From contig JANQMZ010000007.1 of the NCBI GenBank assembly GCA_028279805.1, positions 409,092 through 473,091 of the forward strand: 64,000 nt of DNA. The letters run 5' to 3'. The notes beneath the pieces were generated by a model, which saw only the letters and a list, made by a program, of their open reading frames with translations, made no database searches and had not been told where the DNA came from. Made by a program: the position numbers and the translations under genes. Below are positions 55,642-64,000 of the stretch, piece by piece; position 1 is the first letter of the stretch, and every line of letters begins with the position of its first letter. Source of the stretch: an archaeon (lineage in GTDB: Archaea; Iainarchaeota; Iainarchaeia; Iainarchaeales; JANQMZ01).

Positions 55642-57456
55642 ATGAGTGTAAAATCAAAAGTTTATATTGATGGACGACTTGTCGGATTTCACCCAAATCC
55701 TGAAAAACTTTCAAAAGATTTGGTTAATTCCAGGCGTGAAAATAAAATTGACCCTCAGATTAATGTTGCTTTGAATGACAAAACAAAAGAGGTTTACATT
55801 AACACTGATTCGGGCAGAGTTCAAAGGCCTTTGATTGTTGCAAAAAACGGAAAAACAACTTTAACTGAAGAAATTTTGCAAAAAATTGAAAAAAAAGAAT
55901 TAAAATGGCAGGATTTGGTTGAAAAAGGAATAATTGAATACTTGGATGCAGAAGAAGAAGAAAATGCTTTGATTGCAGAAGAAGAAAAAGAGTTAACAGC
56001 CGGACACACCCATATTGAAATAAATCCTTTAACAATGTTAAGTGTCATTTCTTCATTTATTCCGTATTTGAATCACAACATGGCAGGAAAAGCATTGCAC
56101 GGAGCCAAAATGTTTAAACAGGCAGCAGGCCTGGGGCAGATTAATTATAATTTGAGAACCGATACAGAGGGTTATTTGCTGCATTATCCTCAGAAAAGCC
56201 TGGTTAAAACAAAAACAATGGATATGATTAACTTGGACAGGCGTCCTCAGATTCAAAATTTTGTCGTGGCAATAATGCCATATTATGGTTTTAATACGCT
56301 GGACGCGGTCATAATAAATGAAGCGGCTTTGCAGAGAAGCATGGGAAGAATGGCTTATTTTAGGACTTATGAAGCAAGCCAGAAAAGATATCCGGGCGGG
56401 CAAAAAGATGCTTTTGAAATTCCGGATGAAGAAACAGTTGGCTTTTTAGGAGATGAAACTTATGCTGCTTTAGGCGAGGATGGTTTTGCTGAAATAGGAG
56501 CAAAAGTTAAAGAAAAAAGCGCGGTTATTGGAAGAACAAGCCCTCCGAGATTTTTGGAGGAGGTGTCAGATTTTGGAGTTGTGGATGAAAAGAAAAGAGA
56601 TGCATCAGTTTCTGTCAGAAAAGAAAAAGGCGGATATGTTGACAGGGTTTTAATAACAGAAGATACAAACGGTTCAAAACTTGTAAAAGTAAAAATTCGT
56701 TCCGACATGAAGCCGGAAGTGGGTGACAAGTTTTCATCAAGGCACGGGCAAAAAGGAGTTGTAGGATTAATTGTTCCGGAAGAAGATATGCCTTTTACTT
56801 CACAGGGAGTAAAACCTGATTTGCTTTTGAACCCGCATTCAATTCCAAGCAGAATGACAATGGGGCATTTGCTTGAAATGCTTGCAGGAAAAGCAGCAAG
56901 CTTTAAAGGAGAACAAATTGATTCAACTCCTTTTAACAGCACTTCAATGGAAGAACTTGAAAAAATGCTGGAAAAAAGAAATGTGAACAAAACAGGCAGG
57001 GAAATTTTTTACGACGGAATTACAGGGGAAAAAATTCAGGGAGAAGTTTTTACAGGCGTTGTAGCTTACAGGCGTTTGTATCACATGGTTGCCCATAAAA
57101 TGCAGGCCCGGTCAAGAGGCCCCGTGCAAATTTTAACAAGACAGCCGACTGAAGGAAAGGAAAAAGAAGGAGGCTTAAGATTCGGGGAAATGGAAGGAGA
57201 AACACTGGTAGGGCACGGAGCGGCAATGCTGTTGCAGGAAAAACTTGTTGAAGATTCTGACAAGTCAGTGCAGTTTGTTTCAGAAAAATCAGGATTAATT
57301 GCAATGAATGACAGAATCAGGAACAGAAAATATTGCCCGGTCGGAGGCAGCGGAAAAATTTACCCGGTTGAAATGGGACACAGTTTCAAGTTATTGTTAG
57401 ATGAATTAAAGGCTTTGGGAATTTATCCAAGGCTTGTGTTAAAAGATAAAGCGTGA
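55642..57456 (+). CDS. rpoB1: DNA-directed RNA polymerase subunit B' (C-terminal half of Rpb2).
   Basis: 'GDKFSSRHGQKGV' and 'RFGEMEGE'. Confidence 0.9.
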   Translation: MSVKSKVYIDGRLVGFHPNPEKLSKDLVNSRRENKIDPQINVALNDKTKEVYINTDSGRVQRPLIVAKNGKTTLTEEILQKIEKKELKWQDLVEKGIIEYLDAEEEENALIAEEEKELTAGHTHIEINPLTMLSVISSFIPYLNHNMAGKALHGAKMFKQAAGLGQINYNLRTDTEGYLLHYPQKSLVKTKTMDMINLDRRPQIQNFVVAIMPYYGFNTLDAVIINEAALQRSMGRMAYFRTYEASQKRYPGGQKDAFEIPDEETVGFLGDETYAALGEDGFAEIGAKVKEKSAVIGRTSPPRFLEEVSDFGVVDEKKRDASVSVRKEKGGYVDRVLITEDTNGSKLVKVKIRSDMKPEVGDKFSSRHGQKGVVGLIVPEEDMPFTSQGVKPDLLLNPHSIPSRMTMGHLLEMLAGKAASFKGEQIDSTPFNSTSMEELEKMLEKRNVNKTGREIFYDGITGEKIQGEVFTGVVAYRRLYHMVAHKMQARSRGPVQILTRQPTEGKEKEGGLRFGEMEGETLVGHGAAMLLQEKLVEDSDKSVQFVSEKSGLIAMNDRIRNRKYCPVGGSGKIYPVEMGHSFKLLLDELKALGIYPRLVLKDKA

Positions 57457-57460
57457 TAAA

Positions 57461-60061
57461 ATGCTGGAAAAAAAAATAAAGGAATTGGAATTCGGGTTAA
57501 TGAGCCCTGAAATGATTAGAAAAATGTCAGTTGTTGAAATAAAAACACCTGAAACTTATGACAAGGATGGTTATCCTGTTGAAGAGGGTTTAATGGATTT
57601 GCACATGGGTGTAATTAGCCCCGGAATGCGGTGCAAAACTGACGGGCAGACAATGAAAAATTGCCCCGGATATTTTGGCCATTTGGAAATGGTTCGCCCT
57701 ATTATTCATCCAAAATTTTCAATCAATCTGGAAAAACTGTTAATGTCTACATGCAGAAAATGTGGAAAAATTTTGGTGCCCGCTGAAAAAATAAAAGCAA
57801 TCCGTTCAAAACCGGGTTCTGAGGAAATGGCTAAAAAAATAAGGGATAAAGCAAAAACAATCAAAAAATGCCCACATTGTTCAAAAAAAGATGAAAAAAT
57901 TTCATTAGACAAGCCAACAAATTTTTATCTGGGAAAAGAAAGAATTTATCCGGCTGAAATAAGAGAATGGGTTGAAAGAGTTTCAGATGAAGATGCTTTG
58001 CTTTTAGGATTTAAACCAGACATTTTAAGACCGGAATGGCTTATAATGACTGTTCTGCCCGTGCCTCCAATTACAATCAGGCCGAGCATTACACTTGAAA
58101 CAGGAATGAAATCAGAAGATGATTTAACACACAAACTTGTTGACATTATAAGAATTAATACCCGGTTAAAGGATAATATTGATGCCGGTGCTCCCCAATT
58201 AATTATTGAAGATTTGTGGGATTTGTTACAGTATCATGTTACAACATATTTTGATAATCAGACAGCTGGTGTGCCGCCTGCAAAACACAGGAGTGGGCGG
58301 GCACTAAGAACGCTTGTCCAAAGACTGAAAGGAAAGAAGGGCAGATTCAGATATAATTTGACAGGAAAAAGAGTTAATTTTGCGGCCCGTTCGACAATCA
58401 GTCCCGACCCGTTTATTTCAATTAATGAAATTGGTGTTCCTCAAAGAATTGCAGATGATTTAACTGTTCCTGAAAAAGTTTTGGACTGGAACAAAAAAGA
58501 TTTGCAAAAACTTATTAAGGAAACAGATAAAGCTGTTTCTGTTTTAAGAACAGACCAGAGAAGAAAAATTGTAACAGAAGAAACAAGAAAAGAAATTGCA
58601 AAAGAGCTTGACCTTGGTTTTATTGTTGAAAGAAAATTACAGGACGGAGACATTGTTTTGTTTAACAGGCAGCCGTCTTTGCACAGATTATCAATGCTTG
58701 CACATAAAGTCAGAATAATGGACGGAAAAACTTTCAGGTTAAACCCGGTTGTATGCAAGCCATATAACGCCGACTTTGACGGGGATGAAATGAACATGCA
58801 TGTTCCACAAACACAGGAAGGCATTGCAGAAGCAAGAGAATTAATGTATGTCCAGGAACAGGTTATTAGCCCGAGGTACGGAGCGCCTGTAATTGTTTTA
58901 GATGAAGATGGCATTACAGGAACATATATTCTGACAATGGATCAGACAGAGTTTTCAGAGAAAGAAGCATTTAAACTGTTTTACGAACTTGGTTTTGACA
59001 AGTTTCCAAAACCGGACCGGGGCAAAAACTATTCAGGAAAATTAATTTTTTCACAGTTGTTGCCAAAAGATTTGAATTTGTCTTACAAGTCAAAAACTTT
59101 TGAAGTTTTAGAAAAACTTGATTCAAAAGAAAAAACTTTAGGAGAAAAATCAAAACACTGGGTTCACATTAAAAACGGCAAACTGATTTCAGGAACAATT
59201 GATGAAAATTCTTTGGGGGAGATCAGCGGGGTTTTGATTGACACGCTTGCAAGAGAATATCCTCATGACGTTATTTCAAATTTTTACAACAAGTTAAACA
59301 AAATTATTGGATGGGTTATCACAATCAAAGGTTTAACTGTCGGGCTTGATGAATATGAAATTAATGACAAAATAAAAAAATTAAGGGAAAAAGCGGTTAA
59401 AGAGGAACTGGATGAAGCTGAAAAACTTGTAAAAGAATATAAAAAAGGCAGCTTGCAGTTAATTCCGGGAAGAACTTTGGATGAAAGTTTTGAAACAAAA
59501 ATGTTACAGTTAGGAGCAAAAGTCAAAGGAAAAGTTGAAAAAGAATTAATGAAAGAAAAACTTGAATCAGTTTTACAGGAAAATCCTGTTCTGAATACAA
59601 GCCTGATGATTATAGCAGGTTCCAGGGGAAATGCTACAAATCTGATGAACATTGCAGGATTCTGGGGGCAGGCATCTGTAAGGGCAGGCAGGCCAAAAAG
59701 CGGTTTTTCAAACAGAATTCTGGCATTAAGCCAAAAAGGAGATGTCGGGGCTACAGCAGGAGGATTTATTGAACAAAGCCTGCTGGAAGGATTAAAAGGA
59801 TCAGAATATTTTTACCACTCAATTGGTGGAAGGCAGGGAGAAGTTGATACCGGTGTTTCAACAAAAGTTTCAGGTTATTTGTACAGAAGACTGGCAAATT
59901 CTCTGAAAGAATTAAGCGTTAAAAACGATGCAACTGTCAGGACAAGTGCAAACAAAATAGTGCAGTTAAAATACGGAGAAGACGGAGTTTTTCCGATGAA
60001 AACAAAAAAAGGAAAAGCAATAGATGTTGCAAAAGTTTTCAAAAAAATAAAACAAAAGTGA
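57461..60061 (+). CDS. rpoA1: DNA-directed RNA polymerase subunit A'.
   Basis: 'NADFDGDEMNMHVPQT' catalytic motif. Confidence 0.9.
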   Translation: MLEKKIKELEFGLMSPEMIRKMSVVEIKTPETYDKDGYPVEEGLMDLHMGVISPGMRCKTDGQTMKNCPGYFGHLEMVRPIIHPKFSINLEKLLMSTCRKCGKILVPAEKIKAIRSKPGSEEMAKKIRDKAKTIKKCPHCSKKDEKISLDKPTNFYLGKERIYPAEIREWVERVSDEDALLLGFKPDILRPEWLIMTVLPVPPITIRPSITLETGMKSEDDLTHKLVDIIRINTRLKDNIDAGAPQLIIEDLWDLLQYHVTTYFDNQTAGVPPAKHRSGRALRTLVQRLKGKKGRFRYNLTGKRVNFAARSTISPDPFISINEIGVPQRIADDLTVPEKVLDWNKKDLQKLIKETDKAVSVLRTDQRRKIVTEETRKEIAKELDLGFIVERKLQDGDIVLFNRQPSLHRLSMLAHKVRIMDGKTFRLNPVVCKPYNADFDGDEMNMHVPQTQEGIAEARELMYVQEQVISPRYGAPVIVLDEDGITGTYILTMDQTEFSEKEAFKLFYELGFDKFPKPDRGKNYSGKLIFSQLLPKDLNLSYKSKTFEVLEKLDSKEKTLGEKSKHWVHIKNGKLISGTIDENSLGEISGVLIDTLAREYPHDVISNFYNKLNKIIGWVITIKGLTVGLDEYEINDKIKKLREKAVKEELDEAEKLVKEYKKGSLQLIPGRTLDESFETKMLQLGAKVKGKVEKELMKEKLESVLQENPVLNTSLMIIAGSRGNATNLMNIAGFWGQASVRAGRPKSGFSNRILALSQKGDVGATAGGFIEQSLLEGLKGSEYFYHSIGGRQGEVDTGVSTKVSGYLYRRLANSLKELSVKNDATVRTSANKIVQLKYGEDGVFPMKTKKGKAIDVAKVFKKIKQK

Positions 60062-60068
60062 TTAAAAA

Positions 60069-61346
60069 ATGCCTAAAAAGAAAACCGTTAAAACAAAAAC
60101 TTTAAAGAAAAAAATAAAGGCTTCTGTGAAAAAAACAAAAAAGGCAAAAAAAACCGTTAAAAAAATTAAAAAAGCTGTTAAAAAGAAAAAAACTGTTAAA
60201 ACAGTTGTAAAAAAAGAAAAACCGGTTAAAAAAGACTGGGAAGATTTTGGTTTGCCAAAACTTGTCTGGGATGAAACGCATTCTTTTGCAGCTGAAAACA
60301 ATTTGTCTGATGCGGAAAAACAAAAATTGCTGGATGAAATAAAATCAATGTATAACGCTTTACAGGTTGAAAACGGGGAAGCTGTTGGCATAGTGGCAGC
60401 GCAATCGTTGGGAGAACCGGGAACACAGCTTACTTTGAGAACAAAGCACTTTGCAGGTGCTGCAGAGGTTTCAGTGGGTTCAGGTATTCAGAGAGTTGAA
60501 GAAATTGTTGACGGGAGAAGCAAGGCAAGATATGCCACAATGACAATTTATCTGAATGAAGAATTAAGAAAAGATGAGCAAAAAGCTGATGCGTTTGCAA
60601 AATCTTTAATTAATGTCAGAGCGCAGGACCTGGTTTCAATTAATGAAGATTTTGACAAGAGAACTGTTTCAATTGAAGTTAATGTAAAAAAAGCAAAAGA
60701 AAACCAAATTGAAGCAGAAGAACTTGTTGAAAAATTAAAAAGCCAGATTGAAAACGGAAAAACTTCAAAAAGAAAAAATGTTTTAACAATAAATTATGAT
60801 AAAAAACATCCTTTGTTAAAAATAAGAAAAGAATTAATCAAGCTTTTGAAAAAAAGAGTCGGCGGGGTTGCAGGCATTGAAAAAACAATTTTGTTCCATG
60901 AAAACGGGGAATACATTATAAAAACAAGCGGAACAAATTTGAAATCTGTTTTAAGAAAAAAAGAAGTTGACCCTACAAGAACAATTACAAATGACATTGT
61001 TGAAATTTCAAAAGTGCTGGGAATTGAAGCTTCAAGAACAGCATTAATAGAGGAATTAAACAAAACACTTGAAGAAAACGGCATACTGGTTGACATCAGG
61101 CATATTATTCTGCTTGCAGACCTTGTTTCATTTTCAGGTGAAATAAAAGGAACAGTCAGAACAGGGGTAATGAGAGCAAAATCAAGCCCTTTTGCAAAAG
61201 CAGCTTTTGAGGAAACAACAAAACATTTACTGGCAGCAGCTTTCAAGGGAGAAAAAGAAAAACTGCAGGGAGTAATTGAAAACATTATCGTGGGACAGCC
61301 AATCAAACTTGGCACAGGCGTAGTAAAACTGATAATGAAGGAATGA
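60069..61346 (+). CDS. rpoA2: DNA-directed RNA polymerase subunit A'', with a lysine-rich N-terminal extension of about 55 aa.
   Basis: '[28 protein letters not shown]', preceded by a '[38 protein letters not shown]' tail. Confidence 0.85.
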   Translation: MPKKKTVKTKTLKKKIKASVKKTKKAKKTVKKIKKAVKKKKTVKTVVKKEKPVKKDWEDFGLPKLVWDETHSFAAENNLSDAEKQKLLDEIKSMYNALQVENGEAVGIVAAQSLGEPGTQLTLRTKHFAGAAEVSVGSGIQRVEEIVDGRSKARYATMTIYLNEELRKDEQKADAFAKSLINVRAQDLVSINEDFDKRTVSIEVNVKKAKENQIEAEELVEKLKSQIENGKTSKRKNVLTINYDKKHPLLKIRKELIKLLKKRVGGVAGIEKTILFHENGEYIIKTSGTNLKSVLRKKEVDPTRTITNDIVEISKVLGIEASRTALIEELNKTLEENGILVDIRHIILLADLVSFSGEIKGTVRTGVMRAKSSPFAKAAFEETTKHLLAAAFKGEKEKLQGVIENIIVGQPIKLGTGVVKLIMKE

Positions 61347-61648
61347 TTCAAATGGATGAAACAACTGAAATCAGAAGAGCTGTTGATACAGGAAAAGTTT
61401 TGCTTGGATTAAGGGAAACTGAAAAAAATGTTCTCAAAGGAAACGGAAAACTTGTTGTTGTAAGCAACAATTTGAATGAAAAGGAAAGAGAAAAACTGGA
61501 ACATGTGGCAAAACTTTCAGATATAAAAATTTATTTTTTTAAAGGAAATTCTATTCAGCTTGGCTCAGTTTGCGGAAAACCTTTTCCGGTTTCAGTTTTG
61601 TTAATTCAGAAAGAGGGAAAAAGCGACATTTTAACAATAACAAAATAA
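61343..61648 (+). CDS. rpl30e: 50S ribosomal protein L30e.
   Basis: Conserved L30e sequence. Canonical position after rpoA''. Confidence 0.85.
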   Translation: MIQMDETTEIRRAVDTGKVLLGLRETEKNVLKGNGKLVVVSNNLNEKEREKLEHVAKLSDIKIYFFKGNSIQLGSVCGKPFPVSVLLIQKEGKSDILTITK

Positions 61649-61658
61649 CAGGGATACA

Positions 61659-62057
61659 ATGAAACTGTCAAAAGATGATATTTTTTTTATAAACGAGTTT
61701 CAGTCTGTGACCGGAGTAACAGCAAAAGACTGTATTAATGACGGAAAAACTGTTTCTTTTCTTGTTGAAGATGAAAAAATGGGAAAAGCAATCGGAAAAA
61801 ATGCAAATAATATAAAACAACTTGCAAAAAAATTAAATAAAACAATTGAAATTATCGGTTTTTTTGAAAATGCTGAAACATTTTTACAAAAAGCTTTTAA
61901 CAAATATGATACAAAAATTGAAATTAAAAACGAAAAAGTGGTTATTCAGACTGATGCAGAAGCAAAAATGAACATTTTAAGGAACAAAAAACGATTTGAA
62001 AGGATTAAAAACTTTACAAACAGAAATTATAATATTGAGGAAATTAGGTTGAAGTAA
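61659..62057 (+). CDS. nusA: Archaeal NusA-like KH-domain transcription termination factor.
   Basis: '[28 protein letters not shown]' KH motif. Confidence 0.8.
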   Translation: MKLSKDDIFFINEFQSVTGVTAKDCINDGKTVSFLVEDEKMGKAIGKNANNIKQLAKKLNKTIEIIGFFENAETFLQKAFNKYDTKIEIKNEKVVIQTDAEAKMNILRNKKRFERIKNFTNRNYNIEEIRLK

Positions 62058-62058
62058 T

Positions 62059-62487
62059 ATGGCAGTAGGAGAATTTGCAGCAAGACAGCTTGAAAAAAAA
62101 AGAAAGAAATGGAGATGGAAAAAAGCGCATTACAAGCTTAAAATGAAAGGTTTAACACAAAAATATGACCTTTTAGAGGGAGCTCCTCAGGCTAAAGGAA
62201 TTGTTATTGAAAAAAGAGGAGTTACGGCAAGACAGCCAAACTCAGGAATAAGAAAATGTGTCAGGATCCAGTTAATTAAAAACGGAAAACAGCTGACCGC
62301 GTTAGCCCCGAGGGATGGAGCAATAAAATTTATAGATGAACATGACGAGGTTACAATTGAAGGAATTGGCGGCAGTAAAAAAGGAGCAAAAGGAGATTTG
62401 TGGGGAGTAAAATACAAAGTTGTAAAAGTAAACAATCAAAGTCTGGAAATGTTAAGAACAGGCAAAAAAGAAAAAGTTAAAAGGTAA
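62059..62487 (+). CDS. rps12: 30S ribosomal protein S12 (uS12).
   Basis: '[25 protein letters not shown]'. Confidence 0.9.
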   Translation: MAVGEFAARQLEKKRKKWRWKKAHYKLKMKGLTQKYDLLEGAPQAKGIVIEKRGVTARQPNSGIRKCVRIQLIKNGKQLTALAPRDGAIKFIDEHDEVTIEGIGGSKKGAKGDLWGVKYKVVKVNNQSLEMLRTGKKEKVKR

Positions 62488-62492
62488 ATAAA

Positions 62493-63095
62493 ATGAGTTT
62501 AATTTTTGACAGATGGTCAACGGAAGGCATTGTAATAAGGGATATCAGCCTGGCCAGATATATTAGCCTGGATACGCCTACAGTACCACATTCTTTCGGA
62601 AGAAAAAACCAGAGAAGGTTTGAAAAAGCCACAATAAATGTTGTTGAAAGATTAATAAACAAGGTAATGCGTTCAGGCCAGGGCAAAAGAAAATTATCAG
62701 GAAAATATATCCGGGGAAGAAATTCAACCGGTAAAAAAATTCAGGCAATAAATCTTGTTGAAAATGCTTTTGAAAAAATTGAACAAAAAACAAAAAAAAA
62801 TCCTATTCAGATTTTAGTTGAAGCAATAGAAAATGCAGCTCCAAGAGAAGACATTACAAGAATAAAAAAAGGAGGCATTTCCTATTCACAGGCAGTTGAC
62901 ATTGCCCCAATGAGAAGAATGGATGAAGCTTTAAAAAATTTGGCATTATCAGCTTTTTCAAGTTCTTTTAATAACAAAAGAAAAGCATCTGATTCTCTGG
63001 CGGAGGAACTTATTCTGGCTTCACAAGGAGACATTAAAAGTTTTTCAGTTAAAAGAAGAGATGAAGTTGAAAGAATTGCAAAAAGCAGCAGATAA
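62493..63095 (+). CDS. rps7: 30S ribosomal protein S7 (uS7).
   Basis: Conserved S7 sequence and position. Confidence 0.85.
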   Translation: MSLIFDRWSTEGIVIRDISLARYISLDTPTVPHSFGRKNQRRFEKATINVVERLINKVMRSGQGKRKLSGKYIRGRNSTGKKIQAINLVENAFEKIEQKTKKNPIQILVEAIENAAPREDITRIKKGGISYSQAVDIAPMRRMDEALKNLALSAFSSSFNNKRKASDSLAEELILASQGDIKSFSVKRRDEVERIAKSSR

Positions 63096-63110
63096 TGAAA
63101 AGGTGTTAGT

Positions 63111-64000
63111 ATGGGCAGAAGAGAGGACATGGTAAAAGAAGCTGAAGATTTAATGGGCAATCTTAACAATATTAGAAATATCGGAATTGTTGCACATATT
63201 GACCATGGCAAAACAACAATGACTGATTCTTTAATTGCAGCAGCCGGACTAATATCAGAAGAATTAGCAGGAAAACAATTGTTCATGGATTCATACCATT
63301 TGGAACAGGAAAGAGGAATAACAATTAATGCTGCAAACATTTCAGTTGTATATCCTTATGAAAATGAAACTTTTTTGATTAATGTTATTGACACTCCGGG
63401 ACACGTTGATTTCGGCGGGGATGTTATCAGGGCAATGAGGGCTGTTGACGGCGTTGTTGTATTAATTGACGCTGTTGAAGGGCCGATGCCTCAGACTGAA
63501 ACTGTTATAAGACAGGCTTTGAAAGAAAACTGCAAACCCACTTTGTTTATCAACAAAGTTGACAGGCTTATTAATGAACTGCAGGTTGATGAAAAAGAAA
63601 TGCAGGAAAAATTTGTCAAAAATATTGCAAAAGTTAATGCGTTGATTGAAAAAAATGCTCCGGCACAGTTTGCAGATGAATGGAAAGTAAGTGTTGAAAA
63701 CGGAACAGTGGTATTCGGTTCAGCTTTATACAAATGGGGAATATCCGTGCCTCAGATGAAAAAAACAGGAATAACTTTTAAGGACATTTATGAAAATTTG
63801 TCAAAAGAAGACGGGCAAAAAGAATTATCCAAAAAAATTCCTTTATACAAGTCAATAATGGAAATGGTTATAGAGCATTTGCCAGATCCTTCCCAGGCAC
63901 AAAAATACAGAATTCCTGAAATATGGAAAGGGGAGTCAGAATCAGAAGCCGGAAAAGGAATGATTGAATGTTCAAAAGATTCTCCTCTTGCAATGATGAT
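63111..64000 (+). CDS. fusA: Elongation factor 2 (aEF-2), 3'-partial at the window end.
   Basis: '[18 protein letters not shown]' G1 motif and 'DTPGHVDF' G3 motif. Confidence 0.9.
   Translation, partial: MGRREDMVKEAEDLMGNLNNIRNIGIVAHIDHGKTTMTDSLIAAAGLISEELAGKQLFMDSYHLEQERGITINAANISVVYPYENETFLINVIDTPGHVDFGGDVIRAMRAVDGVVVLIDAVEGPMPQTETVIRQALKENCKPTLFINKVDRLINELQVDEKEMQEKFVKNIAKVNALIEKNAPAQFADEWKVSVENGTVVFGSALYKWGISVPQMKKTGITFKDIYENLSKEDGQKELSKKIPLYKSIMEMVIEHLPDPSQAQKYRIPEIWKGESESEAGKGMIECSKDSPLAMM

Noticed and set aside
55799-61351. Numerous ORFs of 60-185 aa on the strand opposite rpoB', rpoA', rpoA'' (e.g. 56460-56990, 58441-58914, 60062-60391, 60794-61351).
   Set aside because: They lie entirely antisense within highly conserved RNA polymerase genes. 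They have low-complexity Ser/Phe/Leu-rich translations typical of shadow ORFs in AT-rich DNA.
1-64000. CRISPR arrays, rRNA genes, transposases/IS elements, integrases.
   Set aside because: No regularly spaced direct repeats, no rRNA-like segments and no DDE/tyrosine-recombinase signatures were found by eye. The defense island has no visible mobility gene in this window.

Overview
This is an AT-rich archaeal fragment. The 3' end carries the canonical archaeal transcription/translation locus (rpoH-rpoB''-rpoB'-rpoA'-rpoA''-L30e-NusA-S12-S7-EF-2), which identifies the organism as an archaeon. The small, gene-dense, low-GC style and the many secreted or membrane proteins fit a DPANN-like, surface-dependent lifestyle. 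The window begins with a cell-surface glycosylation cluster: two GT-C (PMT/ArnT-like) membrane glycosyltransferases, a flippase-like protein, an ELFV dehydrogenase, a CapK/PaaK-like ligase, a GT4 and a polyprenol-P GT2. It continues with surface and secreted proteins (a GY-repeat protein with a C-terminal sorting-like signal, several Cys-rich secreted proteins, an alpha/alpha-toroid repeat protein). There is one tRNA-Asp(GTC), followed immediately by a roughly 10 kb defense island at 22.4-32.8 kb. The island holds an HNH restriction endonuclease with a fused m5C+m6A methyltransferase, a frameshifted PD-(D/E)xK nuclease, and an operon of a CARF-wHTH (Csa3-like) regulator, a GmrSD-like DUF262/DUF1524 protein and a UvrD-like helicase fused to a RecB-type nuclease. 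The regulator-led operon is the best candidate for an undescribed system. Other notable content: a three-gene toxin-antitoxin module with palindromic operators, a CcdA/thioredoxin extracytoplasmic thiol-disulfide cluster, a tandem pair of unknown-family membrane-anchored paralogs flanking a pterin-4a-carbinolamine dehydratase, a split transketolase, two glutamate-dehydrogenase-family paralogs, and a lysine-rich N-terminal extension on RpoA''. No rRNA genes or CRISPR arrays were found.
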